Positions 28,622 to 38,411 of a stretch of DNA of 64,000 nucleotides are shown one piece after another. The position numbers were made by a program, and so were the translations under genes. The notes below the pieces were generated by a model, which made no database searches, was not told the origin of the DNA, and saw only the letters and a program-made list of their open reading frames with translations. Position 1 is the stretch's first letter, and each line of letters opens with the position of its first letter. Origin of the DNA: a virus (lineage: Duplodnaviria; Caudoviricetes); IMG/VR virus record IMGVR_UViG_3300042453_002018, positions 1 through 64,000 of that record, one strand, 5' to 3'.

Positions 28622-29045
28622 TTTTTTGCCCAGTGGATTTCTTTTATTCATTATCAATACAGTTTTAATTTGCGGTGCTGTCGGTGCCGTAATTGGTTTT
28701 TTAGGTAGTAGGCTGCCAGTTGTTGGCAACTATGCAAACGTAATTAAATATGTTTCCATAGTATTACTCTGTATCGGCATATATTGGAAAGGAGGCTATA
28801 GCGTAGAGCAAGAGTGGCGTCAACGAGTGGCTGAATTAGAGGAGAAAGTGAAAGATGCAGAAGCGAAATCACAGCAGACAAATGTTGTTATTGAAACGAA
28901 AGTCAGAGAGAGAGTTAAGAGAGTCGTTGAAAAACGAGAGGTCGTTGTTGAGAAGATTAAAGAAGTGGAAAAAGTTATCGATGCAAAATGTGAACTTGAT
29001 CCAAGCGTAGTAAACCTTTTGAATGAAGCAGCCAAAAAGCCATGA
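28608..29045 (+). CDS. putative inner-membrane spanin (Rz-like)
   Basis: N-terminal TMs plus coiled coil, C-terminal Cys; overlaps a lipoprotein gene. Confidence 0.7.
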   Translation: MWLLSFLPSGFLLFIINTVLICGAVGAVIGFLGSRLPVVGNYANVIKYVSIVLLCIGIYWKGGYSVEQEWRQRVAELEEKVKDAEAKSQQTNVVIETKVRERVKRVVEKREVVVEKIKEVEKVIDAKCELDPSVVNLLNEAAKKP

Positions 29046-29302
29046 AAAAATTACTTATAGTTTTATTGCTTACTGGTTGTAGTACAACTGTGCCAGTGGC
29101 GCGTAAATTTCCTGAAATCCCAGATTCATTCAAGAATTCTTGTGCGCCACTGGCACAAATAAAAGAAGGCACAACCAAACTGAGTGAAGTGATTACGGTT
29201 GTTGCCGATAACTATACAGAGTATCACCTGTGTAGTGATAAAGTTGACATGTGGATAGAATGGTATAGATTACAAAAAGAGAATTTTGATTCTGTAAAAT
29301 AA
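29042..29302 (+). CDS. putative outer-membrane spanin lipoprotein (Rz1-like)
   Basis: LLTGC lipobox, Pro-rich, two further Cys. Confidence 0.75.
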   Translation: MKKLLIVLLLTGCSTTVPVARKFPEIPDSFKNSCAPLAQIKEGTTKLSEVITVVADNYTEYHLCSDKVDMWIEWYRLQKENFDSVK

Positions 29303-29317
29303 AACCTGAGGATACAC

Positions 29318-29935
29318 ATGGAACTTACAAAAGAACAACTAAAACAATTACTACCAAAGAATCCATATATTGACCAGTGGTACAAAGCATTAAGTCAATT
29401 GCTTCCTGATTATGAAATCAATACACCACAGCGCATTGCATCGTTTATTGCACAATGCGCTCACGAATCTGGTAATTTTGTTTTTCTTACTGAAAACTTG
29501 AATTACAAAGCGGAAAGTCTGATGAAGACATTTCCAAAATACTTCAAAGATTTAGCTACAGCAAAAGCTTACGAAAAGCAACCACAAAAAATTGCGAATA
29601 AAATCTATGCAGATCGCATGGGTAACGGTAACGAAGCATCTGGTGACGGATGGAAATATCGTGGTCGTGGATTAATTCAACTGACTGGCAAAACAAACTA
29701 TACTTGGTTTGCAGCATCACTCGAAATCAGCTCAGAAGAAGCAGCGGAATATACACAAACATTTGAAGGTGCTGCACAATCAGCATGTTGGTTCTGGGAA
29801 ACAAACAAACTGAATCAATATGCGGACACAGGTGACATTCTTACAATGACGAAGAGAATTAATGGTGGGACCATAGGACTTGAGGATCGCAAGAAACATT
29901 ATGCACATGCTCTTCACGTTCTAGGAGTCCACTAA
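29318..29935 (+). CDS. glycoside hydrolase family 19 endolysin
   Basis: FIAQCAHES, YRGRGLIQLTG, TKRINGG. Confidence 0.93.
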   Translation: MELTKEQLKQLLPKNPYIDQWYKALSQLLPDYEINTPQRIASFIAQCAHESGNFVFLTENLNYKAESLMKTFPKYFKDLATAKAYEKQPQKIANKIYADRMGNGNEASGDGWKYRGRGLIQLTGKTNYTWFAASLEISSEEAAEYTQTFEGAAQSACWFWETNKLNQYADTGDILTMTKRINGGTIGLEDRKKHYAHALHVLGVH

Positions 29936-30159
29936 TGAAATATCTAGCACTTCTATTATTACCATTATTAGTAGCGTGTGAAGAAAACTATCGTTATCCT
30001 TGTCAAGACCCAGAAAACTGGGATACAAAACAATGTAAAAAACCATACTGTAGCGCAAACGGAACTTGTCCTGAAGATTTGACACATTACGAAAAGAATA
30101 AAGCAGGTCAACCTTCACCACAATTTCAACAGGTTCCAAGTAAAGGAGAATGTAAATGA
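29935..30159 (+). CDS. small lipoprotein
   Basis: LLVAC lipobox, RYPCQDP, Cys-rich. Confidence 0.75.
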   Translation: MKYLALLLLPLLVACEENYRYPCQDPENWDTKQCKKPYCSANGTCPEDLTHYEKNKAGQPSPQFQQVPSKGECK

Positions 30160-30629
30160 TTAAAGATTTATGGTCAGGAGAAAGATATACAACAGAAGAA
30201 CTCAATGCACGACTGAAGTTTTTTATCGGCATTGTTTTGGGATTAACACTATTCGGTATTGTCTTTGTTGTTCTTTATAGTTTGATTTTTGTTACTCAAC
30301 CGATGAACGGTATGAGTCCTGTTGACAACAAGTTTTTTGAACTTATCATTCCTATTGCCACATTCTTGACAGGTACATTGTCAGGTATCATGCTTGCAGG
30401 TGACGATAAAGATTTGAGAGCAAAAGCACTTGATGCAGCAAACAAACCATATGTGCCACCGCCACCACCTCCAGTTGTGTCTGCGCCAGTTAGCACAGGT
30501 TTCGGAGCAACACCATCAGCAAGTCCATTTGATACTGTGGTAGATGCATTCTCATCATTTGCACCAACAGTTGCATCAGGTTTTGGTGGCAAAGATGCAC
30601 CCGCACAGCCTCCGCATCCTGAAAAATGA
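30156..30629 (+). CDS. two-TM membrane protein with Pro-rich tail (holin candidate)
   Basis: Two hydrophobic helices; within lysis cassette. Confidence 0.55.
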   Translation: MIKDLWSGERYTTEELNARLKFFIGIVLGLTLFGIVFVVLYSLIFVTQPMNGMSPVDNKFFELIIPIATFLTGTLSGIMLAGDDKDLRAKALDAANKPYVPPPPPPVVSAPVSTGFGATPSASPFDTVVDAFSSFAPTVASGFGGKDAPAQPPHPEK

Positions 30630-30853
30630 AAAAGTTTTTGATGCAAATGCTTACCGCTGAAGGTGAGCAACAACCTTCCAGCAAGAGAGTAATTACCTTT
30701 TTGGCTTTTATTCTACTTGCTGTTGGGTTTATTGCCGAATTGTTTTTTGAAAGAAAGTTGAATCCATCGACGTTTGATGTTATGATGTATATTGTGCTAG
30801 GTGGATTAGGATTTACCGCATCTGAAAAGTTTACCTCAAAGGAAGAAAAATGA
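30626..30853 (+). CDS. small two-TM protein (holin candidate)
   Basis: SSKRV...TM...TM...EKF. Confidence 0.55.
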   Translation: MKKFLMQMLTAEGEQQPSSKRVITFLAFILLAVGFIAELFFERKLNPSTFDVMMYIVLGGLGFTASEKFTSKEEK

Positions 30854-31047
30854 AAAAAGAAATTGCATTGATGTCGATGATTTTGGCTCTGCTTTTTGTA
30901 CCACTTAGCAAAGGCGCTTTTGCTGCTGAAGAAAAGAAAGTGTGCGTCAAAGAGTATGACAATAAAACTAAAAAAGAAAAAGAAGTGTGCAAGACTATCA
31001 AAGTCCATAAGAAGTTAGAAGGCACAAAGATTCCAGAGAAGAAGTAA
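30850..31047 (+). CDS. small secreted protein
   Basis: Signal peptide ending AFA, two Cys, Lys-rich. Confidence 0.65.
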   Translation: MKKEIALMSMILALLFVPLSKGAFAAEEKKVCVKEYDNKTKKEKEVCKTIKVHKKLEGTKIPEKK

Positions 31048-31050
31048 GAA

Positions 31051-31479
31051 ATGGACGGAGAAGTAGCACTTAAAGTAGAGGTTGGCGTTCTCAAAGAGAA
31101 AGTCTATACCCTTGTAGACCTTTGTGAGAAGATGGATCGCGTTATCGAAAAACTTACTGATAACAACACAACAGTAGTCAACCAGATTTATAACGACATG
31201 GAAAAAAGAAGAGAAGATACCGCAAGTGATATCAAAGAACTTCATTCAAGAATAACTACCGTGGACAGAAATCTTTCAGATAAGATTGAGTTGACTGAGC
31301 GTAGAATTATGGATGAAATAAAATCACTACGCGATCATATTACTGAACATAATCAAAAAGAAGAAGATGATTTACAATCACTCATGAAATGGAAATGGAT
31401 GGTTGCCGGTGGTGTAGTTGTAGTTGCATGGATTGTATCTAACCTTAAATTTGAACATTTGGCAAAGTTTTTTGGATAA
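31051..31479 (+). CDS. coiled-coil protein with C-terminal TM
   Basis: WKWMVAGG TM. Confidence 0.75.
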   Translation: MDGEVALKVEVGVLKEKVYTLVDLCEKMDRVIEKLTDNNTTVVNQIYNDMEKRREDTASDIKELHSRITTVDRNLSDKIELTERRIMDEIKSLRDHITEHNQKEEDDLQSLMKWKWMVAGGVVVVAWIVSNLKFEHLAKFFG

Positions 31480-31514
31480 TTGATTTTTGTGAGCAGTAGT
31501 GTTATAATGATTGT

Positions 31515-32561
31515 ATGGCTATATACATTGATTCAAAATATGTGAGATTGGTTTCTTCACGCTTGCGTAACTTCAAGCAGAAAAACACCAATCTTTGGAA
31601 CTTCTCATGCCCATATTGCGGAGATTCCCAGACAAACAAACTCAAAGCCCGAGGCTATGTTTATGCTAAGGGCAATGATTTATTCTATCGCTGTCACAAC
31701 TGTGGAGTAGGAACAAATGCAGCCAATTTCATCAAACATGTCGACCCATCACTACATGGAGAATATGTACTTGAGAAATACAAATCAGGTACAGGAACAG
31801 CGAACACATATCACAGAAAAAGTAGTGATACACCAAGAATCATTACCCAACCACCCAAATTTGGTCACATCAAAAAGCGCAGTATATTTGAACATGGGGA
31901 GTGGCTCAGTAATTTACCAAGTGGACATTTTTGTCTAAATTATGCACAGAATCGTTTGATACCTGAAGAACATTATGATAAGTTGTTGTTCACTTCAAAT
32001 TATAAGATATTCTGTGACACACTAATTCCCAATCACGATAAAAAACTCATTGAAGATGCTAGGCTTGTTATACCCTTCTTCAATTATCAGAATGAATTAG
32101 TTGCAGTAAGTGGTCGTGCATTAGAAACAAGTGATCGCACACTACGTTATGTTACATTGCGTACAAATGATTCGGAGAATAAACTTATCTATGGCATGGA
32201 TCGTGTAAATTTAGATGAACGTGTTTATCTTGTTGAAGGTCCGATCGACAGTTTGTTTTTGAAAAATTGTGTAGCATCTGGTGATGCAAATCTTGCGTTA
32301 ACGGTGAAAAATATTCAAGCAAAAAAAATTACGCTTGTATTTGACAATGAGCCAAGAAATAAAGAAGTATGTAAGTTGATTGAAAATGCAATCAAATCGA
32401 ATCACAATGTCGTAATTTGGCCAGATAACATTGAAGGTAAAGATATTAATGAGATGATTCTCAATGGTTTTTCATCTGGCGAAATTCAAGAGATTATAGA
32501 TAGTAATACATTTTATGGACTTGAGGCTATAGCCAAATTTACATTTTGGAAGAAATTATGA
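31515..32561 (+). CDS. 61: DNA primase (T4 gp61-like)
   Basis: CPYCGDS...CHNC zinc finger, VEGPIDSLF, FDNEPRN, KDINEM. Confidence 0.96.
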   Translation: MAIYIDSKYVRLVSSRLRNFKQKNTNLWNFSCPYCGDSQTNKLKARGYVYAKGNDLFYRCHNCGVGTNAANFIKHVDPSLHGEYVLEKYKSGTGTANTYHRKSSDTPRIITQPPKFGHIKKRSIFEHGEWLSNLPSGHFCLNYAQNRLIPEEHYDKLLFTSNYKIFCDTLIPNHDKKLIEDARLVIPFFNYQNELVAVSGRALETSDRTLRYVTLRTNDSENKLIYGMDRVNLDERVYLVEGPIDSLFLKNCVASGDANLALTVKNIQAKKITLVFDNEPRNKEVCKLIENAIKSNHNVVIWPDNIEGKDINEMILNGFSSGEIQEIIDSNTFYGLEAIAKFTFWKKL

Positions 32562-32797
32562 ACGAACGAATTAAAGAATGTATGTTCAGCGCTGGTTTGA
32601 ATTCTAACTACGTCGAAGGATTCGACAGCATTTATTCGAATCAACTGGAAAAGTTTGCCAATTTGATTGTTAAGGAATGTATGCGTATGTGTGAAGTTAC
32701 AGAGATGAGTTTTGTGACCCATGACTGTGATGTGGAAGCATCTGGTGCAATTACTGTAAAACAGTTTATTGCAGAACATTTTGAAATTGAAGAATAA
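32558..32797 (+). CDS. small protein of the repeated MNERI...EKFA family
   Basis: MNERIKEC...LEKFANLIVKEC...IAEHF. Confidence 0.7.
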   Translation: MNERIKECMFSAGLNSNYVEGFDSIYSNQLEKFANLIVKECMRMCEVTEMSFVTHDCDVEASGAITVKQFIAEHFEIEE

Positions 32798-32839
32798 AAA
32801 ACACTAAATAACATTGTCACTCAAAAGGAGTCCAGTGTT

Positions 32840-33412
32840 ATGTCTAAAAAGTATGTAAAAATATGGGAAGATTATAATGGTCAAAAGTTGCCAGAAAACA
32901 TGGAAATTCATCATATAGATGGCAATCACGACAACAATGATCCAAACAATCTATTGGCAGTAACAATAGAACAACATTTAGAAATACATCAAAAGCAAAA
33001 AGATTATGGAGCAGTACAGGCTATTTTGATGAGAATCAATAGAAGTGAAAGTGACACAAAATTGCTTACCGAATGTGCATCCAAGCATCAAAAGAAATTA
33101 CTCTCTGAGGGTAGGCACAATTTTCAATTGATGACTGAAGAAAGACGCAAAGAAATAAGTTATAAAGTAGGTAATCTTACCAAAGAAAAACAAATAGGAT
33201 TACATAGAATAAATGCTGATCCTATTCTATCAAAACAAAATGCAACAAAAGCAGGTTTGACATCTAAAGAAAAAAAAGCAGGTTGGCACGATCCAGAAAA
33301 AAGTGGTAGTAATTATGTAAAGAATACATTTTGGTGGACTAATAGCATTACAGGTGAAAGAAAAAGAAGTCAGGATTGTCCTGGTAATAATTGGAATAAA
33401 GGAATGAAATAA
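32840..33412 (+). mobile_element. free-standing HNH homing endonuclease
   Basis: EIHHIDGNHDNNDPNNL...H...H; late promoter ACTAAATA 32803-32810; inserted between primase region and thyX. Confidence 0.85.
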
Positions 33413-34065
33413 TGAGTGTGAAATTGATTGGTGTAACAGCACCTTTTGCTGGACACAATTCGGCAGAAGATATGATTGTTTATATGGCCAGAGTATCCAA
33501 TCCAAAAAATCAAGACATGGTTCGAGGTAATGAGAAATTGATTAGGTATTGTATAAAAAATCAGCATTGGTCAATTTTTGAAATGGTCAACGTTGTTATG
33601 GAAATAAGTACAACAAGAGACATCGCAAGACAAATCTTGCGACACCGCAGTTTCTCTTTTCAAGAGTTTAGCCAACGATATGCTGACCCGACGAAAGATT
33701 TGGGATTTGATTTGCGTGAAGCAAGATTACAAGATACAAAGAATCGTCAAAACAGTATTGAAACTGATAATTATGCTCTAAAGACCTTATGGGAAGAGCA
33801 ACAGCGTTTTATTATTGATTCTGCAAAGAGTGCATATGATTGGGCAATTGAGAATGGTATTGCAAAAGAACAAGCAAGAGCAGTATTGCCAGAGGGTAAC
33901 ACACAATCGCGCATGTACATGAATGGTACCTTGCGTAGTTGGATCCACTATTGCCAGTTGCGTATGTCAAATGGCACACAAAAAGAACACGCAGAGATAG
34001 CAATAGAATGTTGGAAAATCATTTCAGAAAAATTTCCAAACGTAGCGGTAGCATTAGAACAATAA
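33412..34065 (+). CDS. thyX: FAD-dependent thymidylate synthase
   Basis: HWSIFE, QILRHRSFSFQEFSQRY, EQARAVLP. Confidence 0.97.
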   Translation: MSVKLIGVTAPFAGHNSAEDMIVYMARVSNPKNQDMVRGNEKLIRYCIKNQHWSIFEMVNVVMEISTTRDIARQILRHRSFSFQEFSQRYADPTKDLGFDLREARLQDTKNRQNSIETDNYALKTLWEEQQRFIIDSAKSAYDWAIENGIAKEQARAVLPEGNTQSRMYMNGTLRSWIHYCQLRMSNGTQKEHAEIAIECWKIISEKFPNVAVALEQ

Positions 34066-34078
34066 CAATGGAGAAGAA

Positions 34079-35872
34079 ATGGTAGATATTAGCAGCATTA
34101 AAATAGACCTAGAGAGAGATAAATTATTCGATGAACTCGGAACCAAAAGACTTAAAGAATCATACATGCGAGAAACTGAATCAAGTCCTCAAGAAAGATT
34201 CGCATTCGTATCCGCAGCCTTTGCATCCAATCCTGATCATGCTCAAAGGCTTTACGATTATTCTAGTAAGCACTGGCTTTCTTATTCTACTCCTATTTTA
34301 TCTTTTGGCCGTAGTAAGCGTGGTTTGCCTATCAGTTGTTTTTTACCCTATTTGGATGATTCAGCAGAAGGTTTGGTCAATACTTTATCGGAAGTAAACT
34401 GGTTATCAATGTTAGGAGGTGGTGTTGGAATTGGATTGGGAATTCGTTCTGCTGATGATAAGTCCGTTGGTATCATGCCTCATCTTCGGACTTATGATGC
34501 ATCTTCATTGGCGTATAGGCAAGGTCGTACAAGGCGTGGCTCTTATGCTGCCTATCTTGATATCAGTCATCCTGATATTATTTCTTTCTTAGAGATGCGT
34601 AAGCCTACTGGTGATCCAAATTTACGCACATTAAATCTACACCACGGTATTAACATCACAGATGATTTTATGCAGTTGATTGAAAAATGTATGTTAGACC
34701 ACGATGCAGATGATACATGGGAACTCAAAGATCCGCATAGCGGTGAAGTTAAAGACAGAGTATCGGCGCGTGAATTGTGGCAGCGCATCCTAGAAACACG
34801 CATGTTGACTGGCGAACCATACATTCACTTTATTGATACAAGTAATCGGTTGATGCCAGAATTTCAAAAACAAAAAGGTCTGAGTATCAAACAATCTAAT
34901 TTGTGTTCTGAAATTATTTTACCTACAGACAAACAACGCACAGCCGTATGTTGCCTGTCGTCTGTAAATTTGGAGTATTATGATGATTGGAAAGATAATA
35001 AACTTTTTCTGCGGGACGTGGCGGAAATGCTTGATAATGTACTTCAGTATTTTATTGACAATGCTCCTGATGTTATACACAGAGCCAGGTTCTCTGCTCA
35101 ACAAGAGCGCAGCATTGGTGTGGGGGCTCTTGGCTATCACGCTCTTCTTCAGAAAAAAAATATTGCGTTCGAATCTGCGGTAGCAAAGTCATTCAATAAT
35201 CAAGTATTCAAACATATCAGAGAGAAACTAGACAATGCAAATCTTGAACTCGGTAAAATTCGTGGTGAGGCTCCTGACGCTGCTGGTACTGGCAAACGCT
35301 TTTCTCATCTCATGGCTATTGCACCCAATGCTTCTTCTTCTATTATTATGGGCAATACTTCTCCTAGCGTGGAGCCGTACCGTGCAAACGCCTACAGACA
35401 AGACACACTCTCAGGAGCATACCTGAACAAAAATAAATTCTTGGATAAAATCATCAAGGAGAAATGTGATGCAGACAGCAAATTGGACTATCAAGAAATC
35501 TGGTCATCTATCATTGCAAATGACGGTTCCGTTCAACATTTGGACTTCTTGGATGACTATACCAAAGATGTCTACAAAACTGGAATGGAAATTGACCAAA
35601 GATGGGTTGTGGACCACGCCGCTGACAGACAACATTACGTTGACCAAGCGCAATCCATTAACCTCTTTTTTAGACCTGATGTAAATGTTAAATATCTTCA
35701 TGCAGTACATTTTCAAGCATGGAAACAAGGACTGAAAACATTATATTACTGCCGTTCAGAGAAACTAGCAAAGGCCGATAAAGTATCCAAGAAAATTGAA
35801 CGTGAGATTATACAAGAGATTGATTTGAAACAATTGGCTACTGAGGAGGTCTGTTTAGCATGTGAGGGCTAA
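34079..35872 (+). CDS. nrdA: ribonucleotide reductase class I alpha subunit (no ATP cone)
   Basis: PISCF, SNLCSEI, APNASSS, TLYYCR, C-terminal CLACEG. Confidence 0.97.
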   Translation: MVDISSIKIDLERDKLFDELGTKRLKESYMRETESSPQERFAFVSAAFASNPDHAQRLYDYSSKHWLSYSTPILSFGRSKRGLPISCFLPYLDDSAEGLVNTLSEVNWLSMLGGGVGIGLGIRSADDKSVGIMPHLRTYDASSLAYRQGRTRRGSYAAYLDISHPDIISFLEMRKPTGDPNLRTLNLHHGINITDDFMQLIEKCMLDHDADDTWELKDPHSGEVKDRVSARELWQRILETRMLTGEPYIHFIDTSNRLMPEFQKQKGLSIKQSNLCSEIILPTDKQRTAVCCLSSVNLEYYDDWKDNKLFLRDVAEMLDNVLQYFIDNAPDVIHRARFSAQQERSIGVGALGYHALLQKKNIAFESAVAKSFNNQVFKHIREKLDNANLELGKIRGEAPDAAGTGKRFSHLMAIAPNASSSIIMGNTSPSVEPYRANAYRQDTLSGAYLNKNKFLDKIIKEKCDADSKLDYQEIWSSIIANDGSVQHLDFLDDYTKDVYKTGMEIDQRWVVDHAADRQHYVDQAQSINLFFRPDVNVKYLHAVHFQAWKQGLKTLYYCRSEKLAKADKVSKKIEREIIQEIDLKQLATEEVCLACEG

Positions 35873-35994
35873 ATGTCATTCGAACTAAATCCAAAGAAAC
35901 CAAAACCACATCCAAAGCGACCGATATACAAAGAAAAAACTCCTGCTCCGTCAAAAGAGCAGGAGAAAAAAGACAATGACAAGAACAAACAAAA

Positions 35995-36633
35995 GTGAAA
36001 ACCCTAGCACTATTTTTACATCAGCCGAAATGCTCTATTCAATCTGGTAACGGAATTATAAAAGCATTACACCCATTCTATAAATTTAAAATATTCACTA
36101 AACATGAAGTTGAAGACGATTTCTTTGATGACGTTGACATGGTTGTATTTCCTGGAGGTGTTGGTGATGCTGATTCTTGGGATTCTCTTCTCAAGTTTCA
36201 TAAATCCAGAATACAGAAGTTTGTTGCAAACGGTGGACGCTATCTGGGAATATGCATGGGTGCCTATTGGGCTGATCACACTTATTTTGGGCTATCTTCA
36301 GACTTCAGAGTCGATCAATACATTACAAGACCAAACACCGATACCAAAAGACCCCATGCAAAACAAATGAAAGTTACTTGGGATAATAAACCCGAAGAAC
36401 TTTTCTTTTATGATGGGTGTGCAATTTTTGGTGATGAAACAAAATATGATGTCATAGCACGATATCCTAATGGTGATGCAATGGCAGTTATACAGAATAG
36501 AATCGGTTTGATCGGCTGTCATCCAGAAGCAGAGCAACATTGGTATGAAGATTATACATGGATGAGAAAACGATGGAACGGCAGCAAAAACTATTTGCTG
36601 CTTGATTTTGTAAACAGATTAATGGAGAAGTAA
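35995..36633 (+). CDS. BPL_N / class I glutamine amidotransferase-like protein
   Basis: FPGG, YLGICMGAY, HPE triad. Confidence 0.8.
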   Translation: MKTLALFLHQPKCSIQSGNGIIKALHPFYKFKIFTKHEVEDDFFDDVDMVVFPGGVGDADSWDSLLKFHKSRIQKFVANGGRYLGICMGAYWADHTYFGLSSDFRVDQYITRPNTDTKRPHAKQMKVTWDNKPEELFFYDGCAIFGDETKYDVIARYPNGDAMAVIQNRIGLIGCHPEAEQHWYEDYTWMRKRWNGSKNYLLLDFVNRLMEK

Positions 36634-36935
36634 CATGATAGGTGAAATTATTATGTGGGGTTTCTTTTCTGCATGGGGCTGGTTTGGTGCAACATACATT
36701 AAAGAAAAAATATGGCCAGAAAAACCACCAATAGTACAAGAAGAAAAAAAGGAAACAAAGAATGAACAAAAATAAAGATTACAGCAATTTTGAAACACAA
36801 AAAGAAATACTGTTAGACTACTTACAAGTAATGATTGCGATTGAAGATTGGCATGGCGTATCAGATGTGGCAAATGATTTGCGCGAATTAGAAGCAAAGC
36901 AAAATTCAAACTACAAAAGCAAATAAGGAGATATT

Positions 36936-37070
36936 ATGGCAAAGCAAACTGGTGTATCTAAACACAAAAAAGTACATAAACTGACTAAGCAAGGTGGACA
37001 TAATAAAACATCTAGCATGAGTAAAACTGAAAAACGCTCATTTAAAAAGTACAGAGGACAAGGAAAATGA
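36936..37070 (+). CDS. small basic protein (44 aa, ends KKYRGQGK)
   Basis: Translated by eye; AAGGAG SD; ATGA overlap with thioredoxin. Confidence 0.7.
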   Translation: MAKQTGVSKHKKVHKLTKQGGHNKTSSMSKTEKRSFKKYRGQGK

Positions 37071-37312
37071 AGAAGATAGTTCGATTTACAGCATCGTGGT
37101 GTGGTCCCTGTAAAATGCTGGCTAAAACACTAGAAGAAGTGGACTCAAAACTACCAATTGAAGTTGTGGATATCGATATACATCCAGAAGTTGCAGCAGA
37201 ATTTGGCATTCGTGGTGTACCCACATTGGTGATTGTTGAAGATAATATACCATCAAAAAGATTAGTAGGAAATAAAACAAAACAAGAAATAGAGGCATTC
37301 ATCAATGATTAA
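37067..37312 (+). CDS. thioredoxin
   Basis: WCGPC, IRGVPT. Confidence 0.95.
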   Translation: MKKIVRFTASWCGPCKMLAKTLEEVDSKLPIEVVDIDIHPEVAAEFGIRGVPTLVIVEDNIPSKRLVGNKTKQEIEAFIND

Positions 37313-38297
37313 AAAGCACGACACAAAACTAACAGACGAAAGAACAGCGTTCAAGCCTTTCGCATATCCATGGGCATATGAAAGTTGGCTCAAACATGAA
37401 CAGAGTCATTGGCTTCATACTGAAGTACCTATGCTTGAAGATGTAAAAGATTGGAAGAATAAACTCACACAAGATGAGAAGAATTTTCTCACACACATTT
37501 TTAGATTTTTCACACAGGGTGATATTGACGTAGCTGGTGGTTATGTAAAGAATTATCTGCCATATTTTCCACAACCAGAAGTTCGTATGATGTTGTTGGG
37601 CTTTGCGGCGCGTGAAGCATTACACATTGCAGCATATTCACATTTGATTGAAACACTTGGTATGCCAGATACCACATATACGGAGTTTTTAGAATATGAA
37701 GAGATGCGTTCAAAACATGATTATGTTCTTGGTATTAGCACACAAAATGGCGATAGGGCTTCTACTGCTGCTCACATTGCAGTATTCTCTGCTTTTACCG
37801 AAGGAATGCAATTATTCAGTTCCTTTATCATGTTACTTAATTTTCCACGCACAGGCAAAATGAGAGGTATGGGACAAATCATTACGTGGTCAATCGTAGA
37901 TGAAACACAACACGCAGAGTCTATGATTAAATTGTTCCGTACATATATCGAAGAGAACAAAGAAATTTGGAACGATGATCTGAAAAGTAAAATTTATACC
38001 ATTGCAGAGAAAATGGTTGAACTTGAGGATAAGTTTATTGATTTGGCTTTTAACATGGGTGAGATGACTGGTCTAACAGCGGCAGATGTGAAGCAATACA
38101 TTCGTTATATTGCAGATCGTAGACTGATTTCACTTGGACTCAAAGGTGTATTCAAAGTTAAAAAGAATCCACTACCATGGGTAGAAGAAATGATTAATGC
38201 ACCAACACACACCAACTTTTTTGAAAATCGCGCAACAGATTATTCAAAGGGTGCATTGACAGGTAATTGGGAAACTGTATGGGGTAAGGCAGCGTAA
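37305..38297 (+). CDS. nrdB: ribonucleotide reductase class I beta subunit
   Basis: REALH, FTEGMQLFSSF, DETQH, NFFENRATDY. Confidence 0.97.
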   Translation: MIKKHDTKLTDERTAFKPFAYPWAYESWLKHEQSHWLHTEVPMLEDVKDWKNKLTQDEKNFLTHIFRFFTQGDIDVAGGYVKNYLPYFPQPEVRMMLLGFAAREALHIAAYSHLIETLGMPDTTYTEFLEYEEMRSKHDYVLGISTQNGDRASTAAHIAVFSAFTEGMQLFSSFIMLLNFPRTGKMRGMGQIITWSIVDETQHAESMIKLFRTYIEENKEIWNDDLKSKIYTIAEKMVELEDKFIDLAFNMGEMTGLTAADVKQYIRYIADRRLISLGLKGVFKVKKNPLPWVEEMINAPTHTNFFENRATDYSKGALTGNWETVWGKAA

Positions 38298-38411
38298 TAC
38301 TAAATATAAAGTCTGATTGTCTTCGGCGATTGGACTATTAAAAAAAATTCCAAATTGTGACGGTTCCGTTACAGCAGAATAATTTTAGTAGTCTAACTCA
38401 AAGGAGATAAT

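Noticed and set aside
30456-30472. CCG/CCA repeat tract
   Set aside because: Simply encodes the poly-proline linker of the membrane protein.
2694-38297. Introns or inteins in gp43, uvsX, gp41, thyX, nrdA, nrdB
   Set aside because: All are continuous ORFs of ordinary length with no visible intein splice motifs.
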